Assembly: GCA_008015155.1 (NCBI GenBank)
Contig: SSFA01000010.1
Coordinates: 9,191 to 73,190, forward strand
Origin: Thiothrix sp.
GTDB taxonomy: Bacteria > Pseudomonadota > Gammaproteobacteria > Thiotrichales > Thiotrichaceae
Direction: 5' to 3'
DNA: 64,000 nt
The notes under the pieces were generated by a model, which was not told the origin of the DNA, did not search any database, and worked only from the letters and a program-made list of their open reading frames with translations. Positions 44,466 through 55,934 of this stretch are shown piece after piece. Made by a program: the position numbers and the translations under genes. Positions within the stretch are counted from its first letter, which is position 1. Each line of letters starts with the position of its first letter.

Positions 44466-44942
44466 TTAAGTATTTCTATGCACTTTATCAGCTGCATGTT
44501 CAGCAGCTTGCGCTAAGTCTTCTGCTTTATGTCTAGCAGTTTGTGCGGCATCTTCTGCTAAATGTTTGGCATCTAAAGCAACATCTTCGGTCTTATGAGC
44601 TAAATCACTAGCAGCCTCTTTAGTCGCATCCACTGCATTAGCCGCCATGTCTTTAGCCGCTTCAGTCGCATCGGCAGCTTTGTCTGCTACATAGTGAGCC
44701 GCGTCCTTCGTGGCATCTACTGCATCAGCAGCCATCGCCTTAGCACTATCGACAACATTCTCTGTTTTATCCTGTGCTGTGTCGCTCAGATCAGCAGCGT
44801 GATGGCGTGCTTCATCTGTCTTGTCACTTAAACTATCCACCAAATCCGAGGCTTTGTCTGCGACAGTATCATACAAGTTTTCAGCGCCTTCTTTAGCATC
44901 TTGTAGTAACTCAGCTGCTTTATCTTTCAATTTCTCTAGCAT
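44466..44942 (-). CDS. Hypothetical Ala/Asp/Lys-rich helical repeat protein (LEA/apolipoprotein-like composition)
   Basis: This 158-aa ORF has no TM helix or signal peptide. It carries an internal duplication (AMAADAVDATKDAA and DMAANAVDATKEAA). The composition suggests amphipathic helices. Confidence 0.55.
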   Translation of the reverse strand: MLEKLKDKAAELLQDAKEGAENLYDTVADKASDLVDSLSDKTDEARHHAADLSDTAQDKTENVVDSAKAMAADAVDATKDAAHYVADKAADATEAAKDMAANAVDATKEAASDLAHKTEDVALDAKHLAEDAAQTARHKAEDLAQAAEHAADKVHRNT

Positions 44943-45054
44943 GGGACTCTCCTGCGGGGTTTATAGGTAAGAACAAGCATTCAATCGAATACTCGTTACT
45001 GTATATAGGCTAGCTAGGAGTGATCTGCAAATCAGGTTACAGCGAGTAAGCTAA

Positions 45055-47706
45055 TTAAATTCTCAATGCCGCCATGAGTGAGTTACTAATATTTGTTTGC
45101 ACGACAGGATCCGTAATCATCATTTCATCGTCACGCGTGGTGATATAAAAAATATCTTCAGCCTGCTCGCCTAGGGTGGTAATTCGTGCATTGTGCACGC
45201 GCACACCCGCCTGATCGAGAGCTTCCCCGACTCGGGACAGTAAGCCTGGCATATCACCAGTACTCACCTCCATAATGGTAAGTTTTTTCTCAGGTTGCTG
45301 ACGGAATTGAATTCGAGTAGGCACATCGAAATTCCGTAAAATTCTTGGTGTACGATGTTGCCGTACTTGGAACTGGTCGCGTCGCAAATTCCGCCGTATA
45401 ACGTCCACGATATGTTGTTGATCAGCAGGATCATCCACTAGTTTATTGTCAGGGCCAAGGATATGCAGGGTATAAAGGTCGAAGCCATTAACTTCCATCG
45501 ATACAATTCGTGCTTGCACGATGTTTAAGTTGAGTTGCTCTAAAGTGGATACAACCCGCGTGAATAAGTCAGGGGAGTCATTACTGTAAATAAAAATAAT
45601 ATTACTACTGCCGGAGATCGTGGAGCGCATTTTGACGACAGGAAAGTCCTCAGGTTTGGAAGTCAAAATGTGCTGTGCATGCCAGCAAATCGACTCTACC
45701 GAATGCTGGAGCAAATAATCCTCACCTAAGTTTTTCCATAGATTAATACAGGCTTCCTCAGTAAATCCTGCTTGAACTAAATGTTCTAAAGCAGAGTTTC
45801 GCTTCTGTGCAATGATCGAGGCTGATTTTTCTGAAGCTGGTAAACGTTGGTTGAGAAGGTTGCGAGTATTTAAATACAGCTCGGTTAAGAGCGAGCGCTT
45901 CCAACTATTCCAAAGTTTAGGATTGGTGCCTTTGATATCCGCGATCGTGAGGAGGAATAAATAGTCTAAGCGATTCTGCGCAATGATTTGTTCTGCAAAT
46001 TCTTGAACAACCGTTGGGTCACTGATGTCTTTACGCTGGGCGGTGACACTCATCAATAAATGTTTTTGCACTAACCAACTCACGAGTGAAGCATCGTGCA
46101 CATTTAAACCATGCTCACGGCAAAACTCATAAGCATCGACTGAGCCTAATTCAGAGTGATCGCCCCCCCTACCTTTAGCAATATCATGAAATAGGGCCGC
46201 TAAATAAAGAATCTCTGGCTTTTGCAGACGCTTGAAAATCTCACTGCACATGGGGAAATCTGCAGCACCTTTTTCAGTGCTATAGCGGCGCACATTGCTA
46301 ATAACAAACAGGGTATGTTCATCCACTGTGTAAGCATGAAACAGGTCGTACTGCATGCGCCCGACAATATTCGCAAAGGCGGGCAAATAGGCCGCTAAAA
46401 TCCCATAACGATTCATCAAACGCAGCACAAACGTAATACCGCTAGGCTGACGTAGAATCTGCATAAAGATTTGCCTGTGCCAGATTTGCTGGCGGAAGCC
46501 GCTATCAATGCGATGCAAATTGCTGCGCATCAAACGAATCGTTTCAGGTGCTAAGCCAATAACTCCCGGCGTATTTTGCAAAAATAAAAAGATTTCTAAT
46601 AAAGCAGTTGGATAGAGCGTAAAGGTGTCAGGAGAGTTGACCGCTAATAGATTGCCCCGCTTTTCATACCATTCGCCCACCATAATGGGCTGTGGTTGTT
46701 CATCAATCGCTAATTTAACCCGCAACACGCCCATCAATACGTCGGTGAGACGTTCGAGTTCGGTAATAGTTTTGTAGTAGCGCTGCATAAAAGCTTCAAC
46801 CGCTTCATTACGTTGCTCTGCATCGTAACCAAAGGTTTTAGCAAGCGTGTGTTGGTAGTCGAAGAGTAAGCGATCTTCTTTGCGCCCGGTAATCGTATGC
46901 AGCACAAAGCGGATACTCCAGAGGAAAGCACGACCTTGACGTAAGCATTCATATTCGCTTTGATCTAATAAACGATGTTCGTGCAGCTCAGATAGAGAGA
47001 GTTGCCCGTATTCACGCTCAATGATCCAGCCGATCATATGAATATCGCGTAAGCCACCAGGGCCTTCTTTTAAGTTGGGCTCTACTCGATACGCAGTATC
47101 GCCAAAGCGCAGATAGCGTGCTTTTTGTTCTTCTACTTTAGCTAAGAAAAAATTGCGGCTGTCCCACATATTCTCAGGGCTAATGCCCGCTCGCATCTGA
47201 TGGTACAAATCGCGACTACCAGCCAATAAGCGGGCTTCAATTAAATTGGTGATAACTGTTAGGTCAGTACGCGCAGTCTGCAAGCATTCATCCAAGGTGC
47301 GCACACTATGCCCCACCTCAATCCCCATATCCCACAGAAAAGTCAGAAAGCCAGAGATACGCTCTTGCGCACTAAAGTCTGGTGCTTGATGGAGCAAGAT
47401 CAACAAATCGACATCTGAAGCAGGGTGAAGCTCTTTGCGACCATAGCCACCTACCGCAATCAATGCTCCTTCAGAAACGCTAAAGCCTGTTTGTTGCCAA
47501 ATTTCTTGTAGGATCACATCCAATAAGCCAGCATGGTAATAAAGCAGTGAGCGTATCGGATATTTTTCTAAGAAATAGCCTGCCAAACGTTTACGGGCTT
47601 CCTTAAGAAAAAGCGCGTAATCACTGGGCTTTAAAGGCTCAGGTTTACCATTTTTAAATTCTTGATAATGGTCGAGTAAGGGATTCAGGCGCTTATCCGT
47701 ATTCAT
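45055..47706 (-). CDS. glnD: Bifunctional [protein-PII] uridylyltransferase/uridylyl-removing enzyme
   Basis: This 883-aa ORF has a nucleotidyltransferase motif (GGYGRKELHPASDVDLLIL), an HD domain (LFHDIAKG) and two C-terminal ACT domains. It overlaps map as in enterobacteria. Confidence 0.95.
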   Translation of the reverse strand: MNTDKRLNPLLDHYQEFKNGKPEPLKPSDYALFLKEARKRLAGYFLEKYPIRSLLYYHAGLLDVILQEIWQQTGFSVSEGALIAVGGYGRKELHPASDVDLLILLHQAPDFSAQERISGFLTFLWDMGIEVGHSVRTLDECLQTARTDLTVITNLIEARLLAGSRDLYHQMRAGISPENMWDSRNFFLAKVEEQKARYLRFGDTAYRVEPNLKEGPGGLRDIHMIGWIIEREYGQLSLSELHEHRLLDQSEYECLRQGRAFLWSIRFVLHTITGRKEDRLLFDYQHTLAKTFGYDAEQRNEAVEAFMQRYYKTITELERLTDVLMGVLRVKLAIDEQPQPIMVGEWYEKRGNLLAVNSPDTFTLYPTALLEIFLFLQNTPGVIGLAPETIRLMRSNLHRIDSGFRQQIWHRQIFMQILRQPSGITFVLRLMNRYGILAAYLPAFANIVGRMQYDLFHAYTVDEHTLFVISNVRRYSTEKGAADFPMCSEIFKRLQKPEILYLAALFHDIAKGRGGDHSELGSVDAYEFCREHGLNVHDASLVSWLVQKHLLMSVTAQRKDISDPTVVQEFAEQIIAQNRLDYLFLLTIADIKGTNPKLWNSWKRSLLTELYLNTRNLLNQRLPASEKSASIIAQKRNSALEHLVQAGFTEEACINLWKNLGEDYLLQHSVESICWHAQHILTSKPEDFPVVKMRSTISGSSNIIFIYSNDSPDLFTRVVSTLEQLNLNIVQARIVSMEVNGFDLYTLHILGPDNKLVDDPADQQHIVDVIRRNLRRDQFQVRQHRTPRILRNFDVPTRIQFRQQPEKKLTIMEVSTGDMPGLLSRVGEALDQAGVRVHNARITTLGEQAEDIFYITTRDDEMMITDPVVQTNISNSLMAALRI

Positions 47707-48512
47707 TTTAATTTGAGTTTTGCCTGCAAACGTTCATGCCAACCCTGTTCTTCGGGACGAAGTGTCAGAATTTCAAAGCCTGTATCAGTAACGAGTACGG
47801 TATGTTCCCACTGTGCGGACAATTTGTGATCTTTAGTCACAGCCGTCCATTGATCAGGCAGGATTTTTAGATCCGCTTTACCTTGATTAATCATCGGCTC
47901 GATCGTGAAAATCATACCAGCTTGGATGACATCCCCTTTGCCTGCTTTGCCATAATGTAGAATTTGTGGTTCTTCATGAAATTTCGCACCAATGCCATGT
48001 CCACAAAATTCCCGCACTACCGAATAATAGTTTTTTTCCGCGTGCTGCTGAATGGCTGCACCAATATCGCCCAAAGTCGTACCCGGTTTAACAGTCAAAA
48101 TACCGAGATACATACATTCTTGTGTGACTTCAGCTAAACGTGCTCCGGGAATAGTGGGCGCTCCGACGTGGAACATTTTGCTAGTATCACCGTGATAGCC
48201 ATCTTTAATCACCGTAATATCGATATTGAGGCAATCGCCTTTTTTTAATACTTTATCGCTCGGGATGCCATGACAAATCTGATGATTGACTGAGGTACAG
48301 ATCGACTTAGGGAAGGGCGGCGTACCATAGCCTAACGGCGCAGGTATGGCCCCTTGAACGTTTATAATATAATCGTGGCAAATATCATTAAGCTCATTAG
48401 TCGTCACGCCAGGCTTAACATGTGGTTCAATCATGCCTAGCACTTCAGCAGCTAGACGGCCTGCGACGCGCATTTTTTCAATTTCTTCTGGTGTTTTTAT
48501 CGAGATTGCCAT
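47703..48512 (-). CDS. map: Type I methionine aminopeptidase
   Basis: MAISIKTPEEIEKMRVAGRLAAEVL is almost identical to the E. coli Map N-terminus as I remember it. I therefore prefer ATG 48512 to the upstream GTG 48536. Confidence 0.95.
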   Translation of the reverse strand: MAISIKTPEEIEKMRVAGRLAAEVLGMIEPHVKPGVTTNELNDICHDYIINVQGAIPAPLGYGTPPFPKSICTSVNHQICHGIPSDKVLKKGDCLNIDITVIKDGYHGDTSKMFHVGAPTIPGARLAEVTQECMYLGILTVKPGTTLGDIGAAIQQHAEKNYYSVVREFCGHGIGAKFHEEPQILHYGKAGKGDVIQAGMIFTIEPMINQGKADLKILPDQWTAVTKDHKLSAQWEHTVLVTDTGFEILTLRPEEQGWHERLQAKLKLK

Positions 48513-48722
48513 CTGTTCTGAATTCCAAAGTAGCACTTAAAAGCGAATCATGGTATAAAGCGCACGCCTTTTTGGCAAACAAGATTATTTTTTACTTGTA
48601 ATTATTTAATCCACACACGTATCGGCACAAGCTGCAAGGGTGCTTCAGTTTAGCGTAAAGCAGAAAACTTAAGTAAGCAGTTTGGGATCCGTGGAGGCGT
48701 AACCCAAATCAGGAGATTTACA

Positions 48723-49502
48723 ATGCCTAAAGTTACCATGCGTCAAATGCTGGAAGCCGGTGTCCATTTTGGTCACCAAACTCGTTACTGGAACCCAAAA
48801 ATGGGTCAGTACATTTTCGGCGAACGCAACAAAATCCATATCGTCAACCTCGAGCAAACTTTACCGATGTTCAATGATGCCATGAATTTCATTGGCAAAT
48901 TGGCCTCTCGTGGTGGTCGTATTATGTTCGTAGGGACTAAGCGTTCTGCGCGTGATGCAGTTCGTGAAGCCGCCCAGTCTTGCAAAATGCCTTATGTGAA
49001 CTATCGCTGGTTAGGCGGTATGTTGACTAACTTCAAAACGGTTAAGCAATCTATTCGTCGTCTGAAAGAATTAGAAAAAATGTCTGAAGATGGCAGCATC
49101 GAGCGCTTAAATAAGAAAGAAGTGTTAATGCTGAAACGTGAGCAAGAGAAATTAGAGCGTAGTCTCGGCGGCATTAAAGAAATGAAGGGCTTACCTGATG
49201 CGATTTTCGTCATCGATGTAGGCTATGAAAAAATTGCTATTCAAGAAGCTAAAAAGTTAGGTATTCCTGTCATTGGTGTAGTAGACACTAATAACTCTCT
49301 GAAAGATGTGGATTATGTGATCCCTGGAAATGATGACGCGATTCGTGCCATTCAATTATATGTATCAGCAGCGGCTGATGCAGTAAAAGAAGGCCATGCG
49401 TCTGCAGCGGTATCAGGGGTGGATTTATCAGAGCCAGCTGAAGAAGAAGCGGAAGAAGCTCCAGCAGTAGCAACAGCTGATGATAACTCGGACGAAGAAT
49501 AA
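48723..49502 (+). CDS. rpsB: 30S ribosomal protein S2
   Basis: It shows canonical S2 sequence ([19 protein letters not shown]) and has an acidic tail. Confidence 0.97.
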   Translation: MPKVTMRQMLEAGVHFGHQTRYWNPKMGQYIFGERNKIHIVNLEQTLPMFNDAMNFIGKLASRGGRIMFVGTKRSARDAVREAAQSCKMPYVNYRWLGGMLTNFKTVKQSIRRLKELEKMSEDGSIERLNKKEVLMLKREQEKLERSLGGIKEMKGLPDAIFVIDVGYEKIAIQEAKKLGIPVIGVVDTNNSLKDVDYVIPGNDDAIRAIQLYVSAAADAVKEGHASAAVSGVDLSEPAEEEAEEAPAVATADDNSDEE

Positions 49503-49548
49503 TCCAGTTTAGCGATTGAATTGAATTCTCGAATTTAGGAGTCTAGTA

Positions 49549-50436
49549 ATGTCAATTACTGCGGCAATGGTAAAAGACCTGCGTGAGCGTACGGGTGCAG
49601 GCATGATGGAGTGCAAAAAAGCACTGACTGAAACCAATGGTGACATGGAAGCAGCCATCGATTTAATGCGTAAATCAGGTGCTTTAAAAGCTGAAAAGAA
49701 ATCAGGCCGGATCGCTGCTGAAGGTCGTGTGGTTATTAAGTTAAGCGCTGATCAAAAGCAAGCATCTTTAGTTGAAGTGAATAGTGAAACTGACTTCGTC
49801 GCTAAGGACTCTAATTTCATTCAGTTTGCAGAAGCAGTTGCTGATGCAGTTTTGGCAAGCGGTGTTACTGACGCAGCTGCCTTAGCGAATGTGCAGTTAG
49901 CTAGCGGTCAAACAGTTGAAGAGGCACGTGCTGCCTTAGTTGCTAAGATTGGTGAAAACATTCAAGTTCGCCGTGCGCAAATCGTTGCAGCAGGTGACGG
50001 CATCATTTCAACTTATTTGCACAGCAACAACAAGATCGGTGTTGCGATCGTTACTACTGGCTCAGAAGCTGAATTAGGCAAAGATTTAGCCATGCATGTG
50101 GCGGCGAATAATCCAGCAGGCTTAGATGAGTCTAGTATTCCAGCTGAGCGCGTGGCGCGTGAGCGTGATGTTCAATTGGATATCGTCATGCAAACAGGCA
50201 AGCCACGCGAAATCGCTGAGAAAATGCTAGAAGGCAAAATGCGTAAGTTCCTAGCAGAGCTGACTCTATTAGGCCAAGCTTTTGTTAAGGATCCGTCAGT
50301 CACCGTTGCACAATTGTTGAAAAACAAAGGTGCTGCAGTGACTAGCTTTGTCCGTTTTGAAGCGGGTGAAGGCATCGAGAAGAAGCAAGAAAACTTCGCG
50401 GAAGAAGTAGCTGCTCAAGCTCGTCAAGCAGGCTAA
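49549..50436 (+). CDS. tsf: Elongation factor Ts
   Basis: The N-terminus is canonical (ITAAMVKDLRERTGAGMMECKKAL). It follows rpsB. Confidence 0.97.
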   Translation: MSITAAMVKDLRERTGAGMMECKKALTETNGDMEAAIDLMRKSGALKAEKKSGRIAAEGRVVIKLSADQKQASLVEVNSETDFVAKDSNFIQFAEAVADAVLASGVTDAAALANVQLASGQTVEEARAALVAKIGENIQVRRAQIVAAGDGIISTYLHSNNKIGVAIVTTGSEAELGKDLAMHVAANNPAGLDESSIPAERVARERDVQLDIVMQTGKPREIAEKMLEGKMRKFLAELTLLGQAFVKDPSVTVAQLLKNKGAAVTSFVRFEAGEGIEKKQENFAEEVAAQARQAG

Positions 50437-50460
50437 AACACGCTTTAAGTGTGCAAGATA

Positions 50461-50490
50461 AGGGGCAACATGGTTGCCCCTTTTTCTTTT
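50461..50490 (+). terminator. Rho-independent terminator of rpsB-tsf
   Basis: The arm aggggcaac (50461-50469) pairs with gttgcccct (50473-50481). The run tttttctttt follows. Confidence 0.88.
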
Positions 50491-50534
50491 CATCTGTATA
50501 AAGTACGCCATCTTGGGTTCTGGACAGTTTCAGC

Positions 50535-51248
50535 ATGAACACAACACCACGCCGTATCCTCCTCAAGCTTAGCGGCGAAGCTTTAATGGGTGATCTTGAT
50601 TCAGGGATCGATCCTGCTATTTTAAAACGAGTTGCCACGGAAGTTTTAGAAGTGCGGGCACTCGGTGTACAAGTCGCTTTAGTAATTGGCGGTGGTAATC
50701 TATTTCGCGGTGCTACCTTAGCAGCAGCAGGTATGGATCGGGTGCGGGGCGACCAAATGGGCATGCTCGCCACGGTGATGAATGCCTTAGCGATGCAAGA
50801 CCAAATCGAACAGCTTGGTGGCGCTTGTCGAGTGCTGCCAGCCTTAGCCATTGCTCAAGTGGGCGAGGCTTATTCAGCGCATCAAGCCCGTCGTTACTTA
50901 GAGCAAGGTGAGGTAGTGATCTGTGCTGCTGGCACGGGTAATCCTTTTTTCACTACAGATACTGCTGCGAGTTTGCGCGCCGTGGAATTAGAAGCTGATT
51001 TATTACTGAAAGCCACTAAAGTGGATGGTATTTATACGGCTGACCCGAAAAAGAATCCGAGTGCGACTCGTTATGAGCGTTTAAGCTTTGATGAGGCGAT
51101 TGCACAACAACTCGGTGTAATGGATCTAACAGCAATGGTAATGTGTCGAGACAATCATTTGCCGTTGCGAGTCTTTGATATGTTTGCTGCAGGTGCTTTA
51201 CATGCGATTGTGCGTGGTGAGCCTGTGGGTACGTTAGTAGAGGTTTAA
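50535..51248 (+). CDS. pyrH: UMP kinase
   Basis: It has [11 protein letters not shown] and the amino-acid kinase fold motifs. Its position is syntenic. Confidence 0.96.
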   Translation: MNTTPRRILLKLSGEALMGDLDSGIDPAILKRVATEVLEVRALGVQVALVIGGGNLFRGATLAAAGMDRVRGDQMGMLATVMNALAMQDQIEQLGGACRVLPALAIAQVGEAYSAHQARRYLEQGEVVICAAGTGNPFFTTDTAASLRAVELEADLLLKATKVDGIYTADPKKNPSATRYERLSFDEAIAQQLGVMDLTAMVMCRDNHLPLRVFDMFAAGALHAIVRGEPVGTLVEV

Positions 51249-51251
51249 ACA

Positions 51252-51809
51252 ATGATTAGCGATATTATGAAAAGTGCGGAAGCCCGCATGCAAAAAAGTA
51301 TTGAGGCTCTGAAAAACGAATTAACAAAAATCCGTACTGGCCGCGCCCATCCGAGCTTATTAGATCATGTTTCGGTCGATTATTACGGCACACCTACTGC
51401 CTTAAGCCAAGTCGCCAATATTGCTATTGAAGATGCACGCACCCTCAGCATCACGCCTTGGGAAAAGCCGATGGTCGCAGTGATTGAAAAAGCTATTCTT
51501 AAGTCGGATCTAGGCTTGAATCCAGCAGTTGCAGGTACCGTCATTCGCGTTCCAGTGCCCGCTTTAACGGAAGAGCGGCGGCGTGATTTAGTCAAAATTG
51601 TTAAAAACGAAGCTGAAGGCGCTCGGGTTGCTATTCGTAATATCCGCCGTGATGCGAATGGCGAATTAAAAGCTTTAGAAAAAGATAAATCGATTTCTGA
51701 GGATGAAGAACGCCGTGCTGAAGACAGTGTGCAAAAGCTCACTGACAAATATATTAAAGAAGTAGAAGCAGTTTTTGAGAAAAAAGAAAAAGATCTAATG
51801 GCTATCTAA
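51252..51809 (+). CDS. frr: Ribosome recycling factor
   Basis: This 185-aa ORF shows canonical RRF sequence ([13 protein letters not shown]). Confidence 0.97.
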   Translation: MISDIMKSAEARMQKSIEALKNELTKIRTGRAHPSLLDHVSVDYYGTPTALSQVANIAIEDARTLSITPWEKPMVAVIEKAILKSDLGLNPAVAGTVIRVPVPALTEERRRDLVKIVKNEAEGARVAIRNIRRDANGELKALEKDKSISEDEERRAEDSVQKLTDKYIKEVEAVFEKKEKDLMAI

Positions 51810-51827
51810 TGGCCTTGGAGCGGGCAC

Positions 51828-52580
51828 ATGCAAGCTGAGAAAAAAGCCGTTCCGCGGCATGTTGCCATCGTGATGGACGGCAATGGGCGTTGGGCAAAAG
51901 CACGTTTAATGCCCCGCCTCATTGGGCATCAACGGGGTGTAGAGGCAGTCCGTAAAGTAATTCGTGCCTGCAATCAAGCAGGTGTTGAATGTCTGACTTT
52001 ATTCGCATTTAGCAGTGAAAACTGGAAGCGTCCTGTCGAAGAAGTCAGCGGCTTAATGTCGCTCTTCATGTTGGTGTTAGAGCGCGAAACAGCGGGTTTA
52101 ATGCGACATAATGTACGCATGCGTTTTATCGGTGATCGTTCGGCTTTCTCTACGAGCTTACAAGAAAAAATCGCGGCAGTTGAACAACAAACCAGTCATT
52201 GCACAGGGATGGTTTTACTGATTGCCGCTAATTATGGTGGACGCTGGGATTTACTACAGGCTGTACAGAAACTGACGGCTAAAATAGTGAGTGGTGAGTT
52301 AAGTCCGCAGCAGTTAACTGAGCAAGCTTTGAATCAAGAAATGTCTACCTATGGTTTGCCTGAGCCGGATCTATTTATTCGCACGGGTGGTGAGCAGCGC
52401 ATTAGCAATTTTCTTCTTTGGCAATTGGCCTACACGGAATTGTATTTCACTGAAAAGCTCTGGCCAGAATTTGATGAGCAGGCCTTAGCTGAAGCCTTTA
52501 AGGCTTATGCAAGTCGGCAGCGGCGCTTTGGTATGACGAGTGAGCAAATCCAACATCTGCAAGGAGACGTGCATGCTTAG
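51828..52580 (+). CDS. uppS: Ditrans,polycis-undecaprenyl-diphosphate synthase
   Basis: It has HVAIVMDGNGRWA, FAFSSENWKRP and RTGGEQRISNFLLWQ. Confidence 0.96.
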   Translation: MQAEKKAVPRHVAIVMDGNGRWAKARLMPRLIGHQRGVEAVRKVIRACNQAGVECLTLFAFSSENWKRPVEEVSGLMSLFMLVLERETAGLMRHNVRMRFIGDRSAFSTSLQEKIAAVEQQTSHCTGMVLLIAANYGGRWDLLQAVQKLTAKIVSGELSPQQLTEQALNQEMSTYGLPEPDLFIRTGGEQRISNFLLWQLAYTELYFTEKLWPEFDEQALAEAFKAYASRQRRFGMTSEQIQHLQGDVHA

Positions 52581-53382
52581 ACAGCGAATTATTACCGGTT
52601 TGATTCTTGCTGTTTTTGTGTCTCTTGCGATTTTCTTGCTGCCCAACCCTTTATTTGACCAGTTAGCTCTATTGCTGATGGTAGGGATTGGAACTTGGGA
52701 GTGGGCAAATCTAATGGGCTTTACAGATCAACAGCGAAAAATAATAGCGGTGCTGGGCAGTCTAGTGCTAGCTGAGTTTATTTACTGGCTGACACCGCCT
52801 TTGTTGCCGATCTTATTGCTGAGTTTAGGCACTTGGGGATTAATCTTATACCTCCTACGCAGTTATCAACCTCAGACCACTTACTATAAGACCAGACCTT
52901 GGCTCTTACGTGTGCTCTGTTTACTCGTTTTAATCCCTGCTTGGTATACCTTAGTTTATTTACATGATCTGCATTATGGCTATGTATTTTATGTTATTAG
53001 CTTAGTGGCCTTTGCAGATATCGCTGCTTATTTTTCTGGGAAACGTTTCGGTAAGACTAAGTTGGCACCGAGTTTAAGTCCGGGAAAAACGCGCGAAGGG
53101 GCTGCAGGCGCTTTAGTAGTTACTTTGGTTTGGGCTTGTATTTGCGCGCTCTATACGGATTTGCGCTTGGGCGCTGGGCTAGTCTTTGTATTTTTCTCGA
53201 TGCTAGCCGTGGTGATGTCGATTGCGGGTGATTTGTTTGAGAGTTTAATCAAGCGTCAAGCGGGTGCTAAAGATAGTGGTACGCTATTACCAGGGCATGG
53301 TGGTATTTTAGATCGTATTGATAGCCTAGTAGCTGCCATTCCTATCTTGGCGCTCGGGTTATTTGTCATAGGTAAGCTATAA
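52573..53382 (+). CDS. cdsA: Phosphatidate cytidylyltransferase
   Basis: It carries the CDS signature SLIKRQAGAKDSGTLLPGHGGILDRIDS. ATG 52573 overlaps the uppS stop codon. Confidence 0.93.
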   Translation: MLRQRIITGLILAVFVSLAIFLLPNPLFDQLALLLMVGIGTWEWANLMGFTDQQRKIIAVLGSLVLAEFIYWLTPPLLPILLLSLGTWGLILYLLRSYQPQTTYYKTRPWLLRVLCLLVLIPAWYTLVYLHDLHYGYVFYVISLVAFADIAAYFSGKRFGKTKLAPSLSPGKTREGAAGALVVTLVWACICALYTDLRLGAGLVFVFFSMLAVVMSIAGDLFESLIKRQAGAKDSGTLLPGHGGILDRIDSLVAAIPILALGLFVIGKL

Positions 53383-53385
53383 AGC

Positions 53386-54561
53386 ATGAGTTTAAAAGCA
53401 CTAACGATTTTAGGTTCTACTGGCAGCATTGGGGTGAGTACCTTAGATGTAGTGCAACGTCATCCTGAGCGTTTTAAAGTTTTTGCTTTGACTGCCAACC
53501 ACAATAGTCAGCTCATGCTAGAGCAGTGTTTAGTATCTCAGCCGCGTTATGCAGTCATGCTCAATGAGCAAGCGGCAGAAGGTTTAGCTAAAGGCTTAAA
53601 AGCCGCTGGTTCTACTACTGAAGTTTTAGTAGGTAAATCTGCTTTAGAGCAAGTCGCTGCTGCACCTGAAACCGATTATGTCATGGCTGCCATTGTGGGC
53701 GCTGCAGGCTTATTACCTGCTTTAGCGGCTGCCCGTGCAGGTAAACGAGTTCTACTTGCGAATAAAGAGGCCTTGGTGATGTCAGGGCAGCTCTTTATGG
53801 ATGCAGTGCGCGAACACAAAGCTGAATTGTTGCCGATTGATAGCGAGCATAATGCGATTTTTCAATGCTTACCCGTACAAGGTCAGCAGGGTGTTGAGCG
53901 GATTTGGCTAACAGCTTCCGGTGGCCCGTTTCGGCAGCGTGCTTTAGCAGATCTATATACCGTCACCCCTGAACAAGCTGTAGCACATCCCAATTGGTCG
54001 ATGGGGCAGAAAATATCTGTCGACTCAGCCACTTTGATGAATAAAGGTTTAGAGGTGATTGAGGCGAGCTGGTTATTCGCTACGCCTTTAGAACGGATTG
54101 AGGTCGTCGTTCATCCACAAAGTACGATTCATTCTATGGTAGCCTATAATGATGGCTCAGTACTGGCACAATTGGGTAATCCTGATATGCGTACACCTAT
54201 TGCCTATGCTTTGGGCTGGCCGGAGCGTTTAGCTTCAGGCGTTGCTGCTTTAGATCTTTTTAAAGTCGCGCATTTAGATTTTGAAAAACCGGATTTGCAA
54301 CGCTTTCCTTGTTTAGAGTTAGCCTATGAAGCGCATGCTCGTGGAGGTTTGGCGACGATTGCTTTGAATGCCGCTAATGAAGTCGCGGTGCAGGCTTTCT
54401 TGGAACGGCGCATAGGTTTCATGGATATTCCACGTTTGATTAGCGATGTGATGAAATTGGCCGATACAGGAACCCCTGTGCACTTAGAGGATATCATTAT
54501 TCAGGATGAAGTAAGCCGCAGCGCTTCATCATCATGGATAAAAAATAATAGAAAGCTATGA
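53386..54561 (+). CDS. dxr: 1-deoxy-D-xylulose-5-phosphate reductoisomerase
   Basis: It has [23 protein letters not shown] and HPNW.MG.KI.VDSAT.MNKGLE. Confidence 0.97.
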   Translation: MSLKALTILGSTGSIGVSTLDVVQRHPERFKVFALTANHNSQLMLEQCLVSQPRYAVMLNEQAAEGLAKGLKAAGSTTEVLVGKSALEQVAAAPETDYVMAAIVGAAGLLPALAAARAGKRVLLANKEALVMSGQLFMDAVREHKAELLPIDSEHNAIFQCLPVQGQQGVERIWLTASGGPFRQRALADLYTVTPEQAVAHPNWSMGQKISVDSATLMNKGLEVIEASWLFATPLERIEVVVHPQSTIHSMVAYNDGSVLAQLGNPDMRTPIAYALGWPERLASGVAALDLFKVAHLDFEKPDLQRFPCLELAYEAHARGGLATIALNAANEVAVQAFLERRIGFMDIPRLISDVMKLADTGTPVHLEDIIIQDEVSRSASSSWIKNNRKL

Positions 54562-55934
54562 ACCTACAAAATTTGCTGATTATTCTTCCCGCTTTTTTGC
54601 TGACCATCGGTATTCTAGTGACTGTGCATGAGTTCGGTCATTTCTGGGTGGCGCGGCGCTTAGGCGTTAAAGTCTTACGTTTCTCGGTCGGCTTTGGGAA
54701 ACCCTTATGGACTTATGTATCACCTAAAGATAATACAGAATATGTGCTGTCTGCTTTACCGCTCGGTGGCTATGTAAAAATGCTTGATGAGCGTGAAGGC
54801 AACGTACCTGCTGAGGAGTTACATCGCGCCTTTAATCGCCAAAGCGTTTGGGTGCGTATGGCCGTTGTGGTTGCAGGGCCACTAGCGAATTTTATTTTAG
54901 CTGTATTGATCTATTTCTTTGTGTTTGGTGTCACAGGGAATCCGGCAATGCATCCGCTGGTTAAACCAGTTAAAGATACACCAGCCGCCTTAGCGGGTTT
55001 TCAGCCAGGCGATAAAATTCTGCAAATCAATGATCAGCCCGTGGCGACATTTGAAGAAACCGCGATGACCATTGTTGAAGAATTTCTGGTCACTCAAGCT
55101 TTAAAGATCGAAGTAGAAACTAAAGAAGGGAATCTAGCGGAACGCAGCTTAGATTTAACTAATACACCACTCTTTAAAGAAGAAACGGATGTACTCTCCA
55201 AAATTGGCTTAGAACCTTGGGCACCTAAACTCGATTTAATGCTGGGGCAAATTGTGCCTGATTCTGCTGCAGAGCGAGCGGGCTTACAAACTAAAGATAA
55301 AATTCTCTTAGTAGATGGTAGTAAGCCGGAAAATGCTGAAAGCTTTGTGAAGTATATTCAGCAGCATCCTAATCAGCCGATTATACTGCAAGTCGAACGT
55401 GCTACTGGGGTGAGTGATATTACCGTCACGCCTGCTTTAAAAGAGAAAGAAGGCAAGCAAATCGGTCAAATCGGTGCAGGTATTGGCGAAGTTGTCCCGA
55501 CTGAACTCTTGTCGACTTTACAGTTCAAACAACGCTTAGGCCTAGTCGATTCAGTCACGAAGAGTTTCGAGAAAACTTGGCAGATGTCGATTGTGACGCT
55601 CAAACTCATGGGGCGGATGTTGACAGGTGAGGTTTCTCTAAAAAATATCAGTGGCCCAGTAACGATTGCTAAATATTCAGGTGAAACTGCATCCGCTGGT
55701 TTGCCCTATTATTTAGGCTTTCTAGCAGTGGTAAGTATTAGCTTAGGTGTATTGAATTTATTGCCTATCCCGATGTTGGATGGTGGGCATCTGCTGTATT
55801 ATGTGATCGAAATTGTTAAGGGCAGCCCGGTGTCCCCTCGTGTTGAGGAATACGGACTTCGGTTTGGCATGGCTGTGGTGGGATGCATCATGGTACTTGC
55901 GGTGTATAACGACATTATGCGGTTAATCAACTAA
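54558..55934 (+). CDS. rseP: Sigma-E protease regulator RIP zinc metalloprotease RseP
   Basis: It has HEFGHF, two PDZ-like segments and the C-terminal [12 protein letters not shown] motif. Confidence 0.95.
   Translation: MNLQNLLIILPAFLLTIGILVTVHEFGHFWVARRLGVKVLRFSVGFGKPLWTYVSPKDNTEYVLSALPLGGYVKMLDEREGNVPAEELHRAFNRQSVWVRMAVVVAGPLANFILAVLIYFFVFGVTGNPAMHPLVKPVKDTPAALAGFQPGDKILQINDQPVATFEETAMTIVEEFLVTQALKIEVETKEGNLAERSLDLTNTPLFKEETDVLSKIGLEPWAPKLDLMLGQIVPDSAAERAGLQTKDKILLVDGSKPENAESFVKYIQQHPNQPIILQVERATGVSDITVTPALKEKEGKQIGQIGAGIGEVVPTELLSTLQFKQRLGLVDSVTKSFEKTWQMSIVTLKLMGRMLTGEVSLKNISGPVTIAKYSGETASAGLPYYLGFLAVVSISLGVLNLLPIPMLDGGHLLYYVIEIVKGSPVSPRVEEYGLRFGMAVVGCIMVLAVYNDIMRLIN

Noticed and set aside
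46173-46179. A C7/G7 homopolymer lies inside glnD.
   Set aside because: It is shorter than typical phase-variable tracts and sits in an essential-type regulatory gene that is intact. It is considered incidental.
50342-50851. A 169-aa minus-strand ORF spans the tsf 3' end, the tsf terminator and the pyrH 5' end.
   Set aside because: It is antisense to two highly conserved genes, crosses a rho-independent terminator, and has Arg/Ser/Pro/Ala-biased composition typical of antisense frames.
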